Assembly (NCBI GenBank): GCA_041695225.1
Contig: JBGFRI010000002.1
Coordinates: forward strand, 1-44,071
Direction: 5' to 3'
Source of the DNA: Deinococcota bacterium
GTDB lineage: Bacteria > Deinococcota > Deinococci > Deinococcales > Thermaceae
Length of the DNA: 44,071 nt
A model generated the notes under the pieces. It made no database searches, was not told the origin of the DNA, and worked only from the letters and a program-made list of their open reading frames with translations. Numbering within the stretch: the first letter of the stretch is position 1; the number at the start of each line of letters is the position of its first letter. The position numbers were made by a program, and so were the translations under genes. Shown piece by piece: positions 17,889 through 28,121 of the stretch.

Positions 17889-19616
17889 CTACACCCCTGC
17901 AGCCCGAAACACCGCACTCACCAGTTCCTGGGCCTCGCCCATCACGCGCTCGAGGTGCTCAGGCCCCCTAAAGCTCTCGGCATAAATCTTGTAAACGTCC
18001 TCAGTTCCAGAAGGCCGGGCGGCAAACCAGGCATTCTCGGTCACCACCTTGAGACCCCCAATGGGCTCGTTGTTGCCAGGGGCGCGGGTCAGCTTGGCGA
18101 TGATGGGTTCACCTGCTAGCTGGGTGGCCGCGACCATCTCAGGCGTCAGGTTGGACAGCGCTTGCTTTTGGGCAGCATTCGCTTCGGCGTCCATGCGGCT
18201 ATAGGCCGAAGAGCCAAACCTGGCCTCGAGGTCGCGGTAGTGTAGGCTGGGCGACTTTCCGGTTCGGGCCAGAATCTCGGCGGCCAGCAATCCCATGATG
18301 ATGCCGTCTTTGTCGGTGCTCCAGGGCGAGCCATCTCTGCGCAAGAACGAGGCACCGGCGCTCTCTTCGCCCGCGAAGCCGATGGTTCCACTGGCCAGCC
18401 CCTCCACAAAATACTTGAAACCCACCGGCACTTCCACCAGCTTCTTGCCCAGGCTTTGGGCCACCCGATCAATCATGCTGCTGCTAACCAGGGTCTTACC
18501 GACGCCCATGTCCGCACGCCACTGGGGGCGGTTCTGGTAGAGGTAATAGATGCAGACCGCCAGGTAGTGGTTGGGGTTCATCAGGCCCACTGGGGTAACG
18601 ATGCCATGCCGGTCGGCATCGGGGTCGTTGCCAATGGCTACGTCGAATTTATCCTTTAGCCGAATTAGCGAGACCATAGCATAGGGGGATGAGCAGTCCA
18701 TGCGAATTTTGCCGTCTTTGTCCACCATCATGAAGGCAAAACTGGGGTCAATGCGGTCATTGACAATGGTCAGGTTCAGGTCATAATGCTTGGCGATCTG
18801 CTGCCAGACTGCCAGCGAAGAACCACCCAGGGGGTCAACCCCAATCCGAACCCCCGCGGCCTTGATGATCTCTATATCAATGATGCTTTCCAACTGACTT
18901 ACATAGGGCGTGACAAAATCGAACTCCTGAACGGACTTCAGGGCCCGGCTCAGTGGCCAGCGTTTCACCCTGGCGTACGGACTCCAGTCCGTCCCGAAGG
19001 GGATCGTCCCACTGGTGTACGGACTCCAGTCCGTCCCGAAGGGGATCGTCCCCCTGGTTAAACCATCCAGCAGAATTTGATTGGCCCGCTCCTGCACCAA
19101 CTTTGTCACGTTGGTATCGGCAGGGCCACCGCTCGGTGGGTTGTATTTGAAGCCGCCGTCCTGCGGTGGGTTGTGGCTGGGCGTGATGACGATGCCATCG
19201 GAAAGTCCGCTGCTTCTGCCCCGGTTGTGTTCCAGAATGGCGCGCGATACCAACGGCGTAGGCGTGTAGCCGCGCCCTTTCTCCACCCGCACATCCACCC
19301 CATTGGCCGTTAGCACTTCCACCGCCGTGATCCAGGCGGCTTCGGAAAGAGCATGGCTATCCATCCCGATGAAGAGTGGCCCGCTGATGCCCTGCTCGGC
19401 CCGGTACTCGGCCACCGCCTGCGAGACCGCCAGAATGTGGGCCTCGTTGAAGGTTCCGCTAAAAGAGTTTCCCCGGTGCCCGCTGGTTCCAAAGGCCACG
19501 CGCTGGGCTGGGTTCTGGGGGTCGGGCTGGATAGCGTAGTAGCTGCTAATCAGCCGGGGAATGTTGACCAGAATGCTGTGTGGTGCGGGTTTGCCAGCCA
19601 GGGGATGCAGCGACAT
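17889..19616 (-). CDS. pgm: Phosphoglucomutase carrying a 28-aa repeat insertion
   Basis: [26 protein letters not shown] and RPSGTE motifs. Confidence 0.96.
   Translation of the reverse strand: MSLHPLAGKPAPHSILVNIPRLISSYYAIQPDPQNPAQRVAFGTSGHRGNSFSGTFNEAHILAVSQAVAEYRAEQGISGPLFIGMDSHALSEAAWITAVEVLTANGVDVRVEKGRGYTPTPLVSRAILEHNRGRSSGLSDGIVITPSHNPPQDGGFKYNPPSGGPADTNVTKLVQERANQILLDGLTRGTIPFGTDWSPYTSGTIPFGTDWSPYARVKRWPLSRALKSVQEFDFVTPYVSQLESIIDIEIIKAAGVRIGVDPLGGSSLAVWQQIAKHYDLNLTIVNDRIDPSFAFMMVDKDGKIRMDCSSPYAMVSLIRLKDKFDVAIGNDPDADRHGIVTPVGLMNPNHYLAVCIYYLYQNRPQWRADMGVGKTLVSSSMIDRVAQSLGKKLVEVPVGFKYFVEGLASGTIGFAGEESAGASFLRRDGSPWSTDKDGIIMGLLAAEILARTGKSPSLHYRDLEARFGSSAYSRMDAEANAAQKQALSNLTPEMVAATQLAGEPIIAKLTRAPGNNEPIGGLKVVTENAWFAARPSGTEDVYKIYAESFRGPEHLERVMGEAQELVSAVFRAAGV
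18968..19057. repeat. Tandem 42-bp palindromic element inside pgm
   Basis: CCCTGG-[CGTACGGACTCCAGTCCGTCCCGAAGGGGATCGTCC]-CACTGG-[same core, first base T]-CCCTGG. Confidence 0.92.
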
Positions 19617-20037
19617 AAAGGCTCCTTATTCATGTAGGAGTCTATTCCAGACGAGCAGAGTTGAGCAACGCGGGTTTACACGAAACTAGTGCCCTAGTAG
19701 AAATGCCGTTTGGCAGTTGGCAACAATGAAAGTGCGAATCTGTTATGCGTGGGGGCCTACTCTGAGAGGTGACCACTCACCCCGAAGCGCATCAGATTCT
19801 TTGCTTGACAAGCTCTGCATAAGCACGTCGCTGCCCTGAGGTACGAAGGGTTCAGATGACAGCGACTTTATATTGTGGATCGACGACCATTTAGGCCCAT
19901 AAAAATCTTGCTTAAGCCCTGCCCGAATCCCAACTACTGTTCAGGCTTAATGCTCTCGAGCCTCAATAGACTTGTGACCTGAGACTTGCGACAAACCAGC
20001 AAGCGAAACCCTGCAAAGAAAATCAGCCTTACCTCGA

Positions 20038-21264
20038 TTACACCCTCCCCGAGCCCACTTCCTGACCCCCCAGCAACTGCTCTGCCCTATCGGCTACGTA
20101 TTCAGCAAAGGGCATGGCAGCGGTCCAGGCCGGTGAGATGGCGTTGAGCACGTGCAGGCCCTGGTGGTTGCCCTCGATCATGAAATCCATCACCAGTTTT
20201 TTGTCCTGGTGGTCGTAAAGCTGGGCGCGGATGCCAGGGCGGCCCCAGGTGCGGTAGTTTTCCGGCTTTACACCCTCCAGCAGCGCACTGGCCTGGGAGA
20301 CCAGGTAAGCCTGGGAGTATTTTTTGATCTCTTCCAGGGCAATCCCCCTGAAGTTGAAATCGTTTCGGAAGAACAAAATCGCCTCGTCACGCAAAATCGA
20401 GAGGGCCTCGAGGGCATCAAAACCCTTTAGGCCCTGGTAGTTTTCGCGCCAGAAAGCCGGAATTGCAGTCGGGCCAATTTTGGCCTGGCCATCCACGGTA
20501 ACGGTGAAATGGACACCCAGAAAGGTGCTGCGCAGGTCGGGCACCGGATATATGTTGGTTTTGAGTGAACCCGCCGGCTCGGAGCCGTAGAGGTACAGGC
20601 CCTTAAAGGGCAGAATGCGATACCGGAGACCCACGCCAAAATCGTGCGCCACCTTGTCGGCCTGTAAGCCCGCTGCATTGACCACAAAACCCGCGCTAAA
20701 GACTTCCTGGGGGGTGATAATGTTGTTGCCCCGCCGCCCCTGATACGGGCTATCCAGCCGAATTTCAATTCCGCCAGCCTGGCAGTCCGCCGCGATGGCC
20801 GCCATACACTCCAGAGGGTCAACGGTGGCGGTGGTAGGAGACCACAGGGCTAGATCGGTAGACCGGACCCTGGGTTCGATTTTTTTGGCCTCCTCGAGCG
20901 AAATCAAGTAGGTCTCCACTCCGTTCGCGTCGCCCCGACGCTTGAGCTCGCGCAGCCCTTCCACCTCCTGCTGGTTCTTGGCTACCACCAGCTTGCCGCA
21001 GGGGTTAATTTTCAGCCCGCGCTCGTTTACAAACTGCTTCCAGCGGGCGTTGCCATCGCGGGTAAAGCGGGCCCTGAGCGAGTCGGCGGCGTAATAAAAA
21101 CCCGCGTGCAACACCCCCGAGTTGCGCCCCGAGCCGTGCTGGGCCAGTTCTTTTTCCTTTTCCAATACCACAATGTTTGCATTACGGTGGCGTTTTTTGA
21201 GCTCCAGAGCGGTCGTGAGGCCCACAATGCCCCCACCGATGACCAGGTAATCGCAAGTTTTCAT
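20038..21264 (-). CDS. lhgO: L-2-hydroxyglutarate oxidase family FAD oxidoreductase
   Basis: IGGGIVG, SGRNSGVLHAG, YPVPD...FLGVH, GIRAQ and NAISPAWT motifs. Start ATG 21264 lies 7 nt after TAGAAT. Confidence 0.88.
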   Translation of the reverse strand: MKTCDYLVIGGGIVGLTTALELKKRHRNANIVVLEKEKELAQHGSGRNSGVLHAGFYYAADSLRARFTRDGNARWKQFVNERGLKINPCGKLVVAKNQQEVEGLRELKRRGDANGVETYLISLEEAKKIEPRVRSTDLALWSPTTATVDPLECMAAIAADCQAGGIEIRLDSPYQGRRGNNIITPQEVFSAGFVVNAAGLQADKVAHDFGVGLRYRILPFKGLYLYGSEPAGSLKTNIYPVPDLRSTFLGVHFTVTVDGQAKIGPTAIPAFWRENYQGLKGFDALEALSILRDEAILFFRNDFNFRGIALEEIKKYSQAYLVSQASALLEGVKPENYRTWGRPGIRAQLYDHQDKKLVMDFMIEGNHQGLHVLNAISPAWTAAMPFAEYVADRAEQLLGGQEVGSGRV

Positions 21265-21317
21265 CCCAGCTATTCTATAGCTGGTGATGGACTGGCTACT
21301 GTTCAGGAATGGGCTCC

Positions 21318-22370
21318 CTAGACATTGACAATTCGCCGGGTGGGGTATGGAATCTCGATGCCCTCTGCATCCAGGCGCAGCTTGATGCGGCGGCGAAACT
21401 CCCGGCCAATCGCCCACTGTTGCTTGGGCTTGGCATTAAACAGTACGCGTATGAGAATGCCGGAGTCGGCGAGTTGCTGGATGCCCAGCATCTCGGGGGC
21501 CTTGTCGGTAAACTTGTCCCTCCACTCTGGATCGTTGTAGAAAGCCTCGGCTTCCGTGCGTACCACCTCCAGAGCCTTGTCTACCGGTGTTTCGTAGGCT
21601 ACCGAGACGTCCACCACTGCCCGCGCCCAGTCGCGGCTCATCACCGTGACCTGCTGGACGGTGGAGTTGGGAATGAAGTGTACCCGGCCCTCGATATCGC
21701 GCAGCACTGTAACGCGCAGGTTAAAACGCTCCACCCCGCCCGAAAGCTGGTCTACCGTGATCACATCCCCCACCCCGTACTGGTCCTCCAGCAGGATAAA
21801 GAAGCCGTTGAGTACATCCCGGATCAGGTTTTGTGCGGCCAGCGAGATGCCCAGCGCCACCACCCCGGCCCCGGCCAGCAGTGCGGTTACGTTAAGGCCC
21901 AGGTTGGACAGTGCCAGCAACAGCCCAAAAACCACAATCAGTACCTGCAAAACCGCCTCGAGCACGCCCTTGAGGGTCTGGGCCCGCACCTGCTGACGGC
22001 TGAACTCCCCATTGTCTACCGGTATCCGCTGCAAGAGGTGGGGAACCAGGCGAAGGGCCAGCGAGGTCGCCCCAATAATCAAGAGCACGGCCAGGCCCCG
22101 CTCGCCCAGCCAGCCCGATAGGTTCTGGCCCCAGCTACGAAGGGGCTCGAGCTGGGCCTGCCAGACGTGTACCGCCAGCGAGGCCACCATCACCCCGGTC
22201 AGGCCCCACCACAGCCAGCCTGCCCAGCGCCAGTAGCGGTCATCACGGGTGTCGGGCGTCAGTCTGGCCAGCCAGCCCGCAAGGCCGGCCCCCGCCCGCC
22301 CTACCCAAAAACCCAGGATCAGCAGGCCGATACTGATCAGAGTGTCTAGCCAGAGGCTCGAGGTCTCCAT
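21318..22370 (-). CDS. MscS-family mechanosensitive channel
   Basis: ALLAGAGVVALGISLAAQNLIRD, EDQYGVGD, IPNS and GIEIPYP motifs. Confidence 0.93.
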   Translation of the reverse strand: METSSLWLDTLISIGLLILGFWVGRAGAGLAGWLARLTPDTRDDRYWRWAGWLWWGLTGVMVASLAVHVWQAQLEPLRSWGQNLSGWLGERGLAVLLIIGATSLALRLVPHLLQRIPVDNGEFSRQQVRAQTLKGVLEAVLQVLIVVFGLLLALSNLGLNVTALLAGAGVVALGISLAAQNLIRDVLNGFFILLEDQYGVGDVITVDQLSGGVERFNLRVTVLRDIEGRVHFIPNSTVQQVTVMSRDWARAVVDVSVAYETPVDKALEVVRTEAEAFYNDPEWRDKFTDKAPEMLGIQQLADSGILIRVLFNAKPKQQWAIGREFRRRIKLRLDAEGIEIPYPTRRIVNV

Positions 22371-22395
22371 AAGTTCATATATTCTACTTATCGCG

Positions 22396-23382
22396 CTACC
22401 CCGTCAGTCGGGCTATCCCGGCGCGCACCCTTTCTACCAGACTGGCCTCCACCACGCTCTTAGCCTTGCAGATGGCGCTATGCACCGCCCTTCCATCGGC
22501 AGAGCCATGTCCAATAAATACCGGACCTTCCACGCCCAGCAGCGGCATCGCCCCGTACTCTGCCGGATCCACCTTAGCCCGCAAACCCTGCAACGCGGGC
22601 CGTACCAGCAACGCCCCCAGCCTGGTGAACACAGAGCCGCCGCTCAGGGCTTCCCGCACCCATTTGAAAATGGTACGGGCCTCGCCTTCCGAGAGCTTGA
22701 GCACCACATTGCCGGTAAAACCGTCGGTTACCACAATATCGGTGCTGCCCTTGAATATATCGCTCCCCTCAACATTGCCATAAAAGCGGATGCCCGGCGT
22801 GGCCTTGAGCAGGGGAAAGGTTTGTAAGGTGAGTTCGTTGCCCTTTTCTTCTTCCTCGCCAATCGAAAGCAGTCCCACGCTGGGGTTCTGGACTCCCTGG
22901 GCCTGGGCATAGGCTGTGGCCATCACGGCAAACTGCACCAGCCACTCGGGCTTGCAGTCTACGTTGGCCCCGCCATCGGTCAGATAGGTGCGGCCTTTCT
23001 CGCTGGGCAACTCAATCAACAAGGTGGGACGGTCTACCCCCTGGATGCGCCCCAGCCCAAACAGGGCCGAGGCCAGCGTGGCCCCGGTGTGCCCCATCGC
23101 CACCGCAGCCGAGGCCTCGCTTTGCTTTACCAGTTCCATGCAGACATTGATGGACGCCCGACGCTTCTTACGCACGTCGGTGGCATGGTCTTGCATGGTG
23201 ATATATTCGGGCGCTTCCGCGATGGGCAGGTCGCCCCCCTGGTTTTTCAGCTCCTGTTTCAAAACCGAGGTCTGGCCGACCAGAATAACCGGAATCCCCT
23301 GTTTATGGGCCAGGAGTGCGCCTTCCACCGTGACCCTGGGGGCATGGTCGCCCCCCATCGCGTCTAGGGCAATTGGCTTCAT
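22396..23382 (-). CDS. plsX: Phosphate acyltransferase
   Basis: IALDAMGGDHAP, GHTGA, DGGAN, IGEEEEKGN, DGFTGNV and GHGS motifs. Start ATG 23382 lies 7 nt after TAGGCT. Confidence 0.95.
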   Translation of the reverse strand: MKPIALDAMGGDHAPRVTVEGALLAHKQGIPVILVGQTSVLKQELKNQGGDLPIAEAPEYITMQDHATDVRKKRRASINVCMELVKQSEASAAVAMGHTGATLASALFGLGRIQGVDRPTLLIELPSEKGRTYLTDGGANVDCKPEWLVQFAVMATAYAQAQGVQNPSVGLLSIGEEEEKGNELTLQTFPLLKATPGIRFYGNVEGSDIFKGSTDIVVTDGFTGNVVLKLSEGEARTIFKWVREALSGGSVFTRLGALLVRPALQGLRAKVDPAEYGAMPLLGVEGPVFIGHGSADGRAVHSAICKAKSVVEASLVERVRAGIARLTG

Positions 23383-23710
23383 GGGATACAGCCTAAGGCC
23401 CAAAGCGAAAAGGTGAAAGCTATACAAGGGGCCAGAGTAGATCGGACTCTCCCAGCTTAAAAACCTGACTTCTGTGGGCCTGATTTGCCGCCGCACAAGT
23501 CCTTCATGGCGCCGTTGACAGCCTTTCCTGACCTACTCTGAGCCATGATGCGAAGATAGAGCAGTGAGGACTGGGTCCCAACTCTTGAAACATCCCCATA
23601 AGGGCGTTTCAAGTCCAGCCAAGCAAAATTACCAGCACGCCTAAATCTCTCTGGGGCAGCTATAAACAGGCAAACCCCTACTGGCGGGAGGGGTAATGCA
23701 GACAAGGTTT

Positions 23711-24043
23711 TTATGCGCTTACCGGCAGGTGTTTGTTGAGGCGAGCCACAAAGTTGCCCTTGGGAGCTGCGCCCACCATGACCTCGACCGGCTGCCCGTT
23801 CTTGAACAGGATGATGGTGGGAATGCTCATCACCCGAAACTTCATGGCAGTCTGGGGGTTGGAGTCTACATCCAGCTTGGCCACTTTAACTCTGCCTTCG
23901 TACTCCTTGGCCAGATCTTCCATGACTGGGGCCACCTTGCGACAGGGCCCACACCACCCGGCCCAGAAATCTACCAGCAGAAACTGATTTTCCTTGAGGG
24001 TGGCGTCAAAGTTGGCATCATTTACTTCGATGGGTTTTGCCAT
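23711..24043 (-). CDS. trxA: Thioredoxin
   Basis: DFWAGWCGPC and SIPT motifs; GAGG RBS. Confidence 0.97.
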   Translation of the reverse strand: MAKPIEVNDANFDATLKENQFLLVDFWAGWCGPCRKVAPVMEDLAKEYEGRVKVAKLDVDSNPQTAMKFRVMSIPTIILFKNGQPVEVMVGAAPKGNFVARLNKHLPVSA

Positions 24044-24142
24044 AATTATTTACCTCTCACAACGGGCCAGGGTGTAGGCCCTTCCGGTGCCATACTCTAG
24101 CATTCTTGGCAGCAGGTAGGGGAAGCCGATACACTTTTTGTA

Positions 24143-24481
24143 GTGCAGATCGCTGATTTACTGGTTACACCCGAATACATCGCAGCCCTGGGGTTGTGGC
24201 GTCAGGGTCAGTTCTGGGAAGCACATGAAGCTTTGGAACCCCTGTGGCTCAGGCTTTCGGGGCCCGACCGCGAACTGACCCACGGTATTATTCTGCTGGC
24301 GGCGGCGCTGCATAAAGCCAAAACCAGCCCTACCGGTGGCTGGCGCAACTTCCACAAAGCCCTGAGGCATCTGGAGGGCATACCTGAAACTTATCAGGGT
24401 ATCCGTGTAGCCGAACTGATTCAGGAAGCCAGGAAGACACTGGAAACACCCTCCTACCGCCCTGGTTTTCCGCTTTTGTGA
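24143..24481 (+). CDS. DUF309-family protein
   Basis: FWEAHEALEPLW and GIILLAAALH motifs. Confidence 0.85.
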   Translation: MQIADLLVTPEYIAALGLWRQGQFWEAHEALEPLWLRLSGPDRELTHGIILLAAALHKAKTSPTGGWRNFHKALRHLEGIPETYQGIRVAELIQEARKTLETPSYRPGFPLL

Positions 24482-24650
24482 GCTGGGCTAGGCCTCGAGG
24501 GCGGCCGCGAACACTTTCTTATCAAGGTGGGAGGGAAAGTTAGGTGGTGGGACTCATACTGTAAAGCGAAACTGTCAATCCAAGGGCCGCCACAGCCAAA
24601 GCCTGCTACACTGGTTGTTTGGAGTTCTGGATCGAACAGGCGCATCTCTT

Positions 24651-26903
24651 ATGCACGACCTTATAGAATCCCTGGACTTTGGCCACATCCGCCAGGCCCT
24701 GGCCGAGCGGGCCTCGACCTTTATGGGTCAAGAAGCCCTGGCTGGGCTGCTACCCCACGACTCCGCCGAAGCAGCACTGGGCCAACAAGCCACCATCGCC
24801 GAGGCGCTGGCCTACCCATATCGGCTGGGGGGTATCTCCGACTTGCGCCCGGCCCAGGCGGCGGCGCGGGAGGGATTGCGGCTTCAGGGATTACAACTGC
24901 GTGAGGTAGCCCTAAGCCTCGAGTCGGCGGTGGCGCTAAAGCACCAGCTTCGGGATGCAGGCGAGCACCTGAAGGCCCTGGCGGCCGGTATTGGCGAGCA
25001 CACCTATTTCCTGCGGCGCATAAGGGAGTGCCTGGACGAAGCTGGAAATGTGCGCGACGATGCCACCCCCAGGCTCTGGGAAATCCGCCGCCAGGTGAAT
25101 CCCTTGCGCGAACAGATTCAGGAGAAATTGCAGCACCTGATGGACCGCTACCCCGAAGCGATCCAGGAGCGCTTCATTACCATCCGGCGCGACCGCTATG
25201 TGATTCCGGTCAAGGCCGGTTTTCAGAATAAAATTTCGGGCATCGTTCTAGACCAGTCTGATTCGGGTTTGACGGTCTATCTAGAACCGACCTCGGTAGT
25301 TCCGTTGGGCAACCAGCTCGCCAGCCTGAGGCTTGAGGAAGACGCCGAGGTCAGCCGGGTGCTCTGGGAGTTGTCGGCCATTCTGGGCAACGACCTAAAG
25401 CTCGACCAGACCCTGCACTCCCTCACCAGACTCGACGCTGCCAGGGCTGCGGCCAGCCTAGCCCAGGACTGGGGGCTGGTACGGCCCCGCCTGAACCAGG
25501 AGGGGATATACCGCCTCAAGAAAGGGCGCCACCCGCTAATTACAAACCCTGTTAGCAACGACCTCGAGCTCACGCGAGAACACAGAATTCTGCTCGTTAC
25601 CGGCCCTAACATGGGGGGCAAAACTGCCCTGCTCAAGACCCTGGGCCTGGCGGTGCTGATGGCCCAGTGCGGGCTTTTTGTGGCCGCAGAAGCCGCCGAT
25701 CTGGCCTTCCCTGACCGGCTGTTTGTGGACATTGGCGACCAGCAGTCGCTCCAGGAGAACCTCTCCACTTTTGCGGCCCATGTGCGGCAGCTCAAAGCAG
25801 TGCTGGACTCGGCAACACCCCATAGCCTGGTGCTGATTGACGAGTTGGGCTCGGGTACCGACCCCGAGGAGGGCGCTGCCCTGTCACAAGCCTTTGTGGA
25901 GGCGTTGCTGGACAACGGAGTGCGAGGGCTAGTCACCACCCACCTCTCCCCCCTCAAGGCCTTCGCCCAGGACACACCCGGTGTACGGAATGCCTCCATG
26001 CGCTTCGATCTGGACAACCTGCGCCCTACCTACCAGCTGGTGCTTGGGGCGCCGGGGCGCAGTTATGCCCTATCCATTGCCCGGCGTCTGGGCTTTCCCG
26101 CCAGCATGGTGGAACGGGCTGGGGCCCTGCTGGGGCCGGAAGGGGGGCGGCTTGAGCGCTTGCTGGCCTCGCTCGAGGCAGAACGTGAGCGCTTGCGTAC
26201 CGAACAGCAGGCCGCCCGGAGCCAGCGGCAAAGGGCCGAGGGCCTAAAGCAGGACCTTGCCCGGCAGCTGGCTGAGCTGAACCAGAGCAGGGAGCGCCTC
26301 TTGGAGGAGGCCCGCGCCCAGGCCGAGCAGGTAGTGAAAGAGGCGCAGGAACGGGTACGACGGACCCGCGAGCGCAGCAAGGCCGGTGGGCAAGGGCAGG
26401 TTTTGCAAGACCTGATCCAGCTTCGCAGCCAATACCAGCGCCCGGAAAAGACTCTGCCACCCAGACCAGGTTTGCTGGTGGGAGCAACGGTAGAGGTGCC
26501 CGGGTACGGTGGCCAGGGAACTATTGTAGAACTACGGGACCAGGAGGCGGTGTTGCAGATGGGCGCAGTACGGCTAACCATGCCCCTCGCGCGTCTAAAG
26601 CCCAAAGAAGAACCCGGACTCCAGAGGCCCGCTGGCCGGGTCTTGCATAAAGCTCGGACTGCATCTGAACTTGACCTGCGCGGTCTTACGGTAGAAGAAG
26701 CCTTGCTGGCGGTGGACGATTATCTGGCCGAGGCCAAAGCTACCGCTACTACCCCGGTGCGTCTGCTTCACGGCAAGGGTACCGGAGCCTTGCGCAATGC
26801 GCTGCGCGACTTACTGCGGCGCGACCGACGGGTAGACAGTTTTCATGATGCCATGCCCTATGAGGGCGGGCACGGTGTAACGGTGGTGCATCTACGAGCC
26901 TAG
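24651..26903 (+). CDS. mutS2: Endonuclease MutS2
   Basis: GPNMGGKT, DIGDQQS...LSTF, DELGSGTDP and TTH motifs, coiled coil, and C-terminal Smr domain (LDLRG, HGKGTG). Start may be 24615 or 24651. Confidence 0.95.
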   Translation: MHDLIESLDFGHIRQALAERASTFMGQEALAGLLPHDSAEAALGQQATIAEALAYPYRLGGISDLRPAQAAAREGLRLQGLQLREVALSLESAVALKHQLRDAGEHLKALAAGIGEHTYFLRRIRECLDEAGNVRDDATPRLWEIRRQVNPLREQIQEKLQHLMDRYPEAIQERFITIRRDRYVIPVKAGFQNKISGIVLDQSDSGLTVYLEPTSVVPLGNQLASLRLEEDAEVSRVLWELSAILGNDLKLDQTLHSLTRLDAARAAASLAQDWGLVRPRLNQEGIYRLKKGRHPLITNPVSNDLELTREHRILLVTGPNMGGKTALLKTLGLAVLMAQCGLFVAAEAADLAFPDRLFVDIGDQQSLQENLSTFAAHVRQLKAVLDSATPHSLVLIDELGSGTDPEEGAALSQAFVEALLDNGVRGLVTTHLSPLKAFAQDTPGVRNASMRFDLDNLRPTYQLVLGAPGRSYALSIARRLGFPASMVERAGALLGPEGGRLERLLASLEAERERLRTEQQAARSQRQRAEGLKQDLARQLAELNQSRERLLEEARAQAEQVVKEAQERVRRTRERSKAGGQGQVLQDLIQLRSQYQRPEKTLPPRPGLLVGATVEVPGYGGQGTIVELRDQEAVLQMGAVRLTMPLARLKPKEEPGLQRPAGRVLHKARTASELDLRGLTVEEALLAVDDYLAEAKATATTPVRLLHGKGTGALRNALRDLLRRDRRVDSFHDAMPYEGGHGVTVVHLRA

Positions 26904-27131
26904 GAAGGCCTGGCCCGGCGCAGCGTGCTTATTACCGATGGTGGGCATTCGCGCTAGAGGTAGGTGGGGTTCAGATTTTTGGCGGGATGAAGTTAAGCGG
27001 AACCCACCGGGAGGGCGGTGCGCACAGCCTCGAGTTCCATACCGAACTCAAGCAGACCGCGCCGCCGCTGAGAGCGCACCCTATTCCGAGGTTTGGGAAG
27101 TGAACGATGAAACGGAGCCTGGTAAGCCTCT

Positions 27132-27238
27132 CTCCCTTCCCCCCTCAGCGGGGGGAAAGCTGGGATGGGAGGGTGGCCTTCACCGCATTCGCTTCGCTTA
27201 CACCCCCCACCCTGCCCTCCCCCGCAAGGGGGGAGGAG
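27132..27238. repeat. Inverted pair of C/G-rich REP-like palindromic units
   Basis: Arm 27132-27175 (CTCCCTTCCCCCCTCAGCGGGGGGAAAGCTGGGATGGGAGGGTG) and arm 27201-27238 (CACCCCCCACCCTGCCCTCCCCCGCAAGGGGGGAGGAG) are approximate reverse complements, each with an internal hairpin. Confidence 0.75.
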
Positions 27239-27377
27239 TTGTCCCTGAGTTTCGTTGAGTGTTTGGGCAACGGCCTCGAGCCTCACCATCTCACGTAAGG
27301 CTGCAATATTAGACACAACTTAGCATACCGGCCACGATTCTCATGAGAAGTCCGGCTACCCTGCTAATATGGAAGGC

Positions 27378-28052
27378 ATGGAACAACCCCTGATCCTGAT
27401 CGTCGAAGACGAGAAGGACATCGCCCGTTTTATTGAACTCGAGCTCCAGGCCGAAGGGTACCGCACCGAGGTAGCTTATGACGGCATCACCGGACTATCA
27501 CGTTTCCGCGAGACTAGCCCCAACCTGGTGGTGATGGACCTGATGCTGCCGGTAATGGATGGGCTGGAGGTAGCCCGTCGCATCCGCAAGACCTCCAACG
27601 TGCCAATTGTGATCCTGACCGCCAAAGACCGGGTGGAGGACAAGGTCGAGGGGCTGGACGCCGGGGCGGATGACTACCTGGTAAAGCCCTTCAGCATAGA
27701 AGAACTACTGGCCCGCATCCGCGCCCATCTGCGCCGCGTAACCCCGGCCATTACTGGCGAGATTCGGGTCTCGGACCTGATCATTAACCTGGAAGGCCGC
27801 GAGGTCTACCGCGGTGGGCGGCGCATCGAGTTCTCAAACAAAGAGTTCGAGCTGCTAGAACTACTGGCCAAAAGCCCCGGAAAGGTGTTTAGCCGCTTCG
27901 AGATCGAAGAAAAAGTCTGGCCGGGCTACCAGGGGGGTAGCAACGTAGTGGACGTGTACATTGGTTACCTGCGGAAAAAGCTCGAGGGTACTGGCGAGCG
28001 CCGCCTGATCCACACCGTGCGCGGGGTGGGGTATGTGCTCAGAGAAGACTAG
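27378..28052 (+). CDS. OmpR-family response regulator
   Basis: [20 protein letters not shown] and HTVRGVGY motifs. ATG 27378 lies 7 nt after TAATAT. Confidence 0.95.
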   Translation: MEQPLILIVEDEKDIARFIELELQAEGYRTEVAYDGITGLSRFRETSPNLVVMDLMLPVMDGLEVARRIRKTSNVPIVILTAKDRVEDKVEGLDAGADDYLVKPFSIEELLARIRAHLRRVTPAITGEIRVSDLIINLEGREVYRGGRRIEFSNKEFELLELLAKSPGKVFSRFEIEEKVWPGYQGGSNVVDVYIGYLRKKLEGTGERRLIHTVRGVGYVLRED

Positions 28053-28120
28053 CCAGTGGCCTGTAGCCTATAGTTAATAGCAAAGCTCTGGCTGTAGGCT
28101 ATTAGCTATTGACTGTAGAC
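28050..28120. repeat. Heptamer-type short tandem repeats in inverted arms
   Basis: TAGCCAG/TGGCCTG/TAGCCTA/TAGTTAA/TAGC followed by the complementary GCT-type arm (GGCTGTAGGCTATTAGCTATTGACTG). Confidence 0.65.
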
Positions 28121-28121
28121 C

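Noticed and set aside
18968..19057. CRISPR array interpretation of the 36-bp repeats
   Set aside because: Only two units, separated by 6 bp rather than unique spacers, inside an intact CDS, with no cas genes in the window.
26938..27316. ORFs 26938-27258, 26993-27316 and 27107-27298 as real genes
   Set aside because: They are translations of the REP-like repeats (PHPALP/GGG low complexity).
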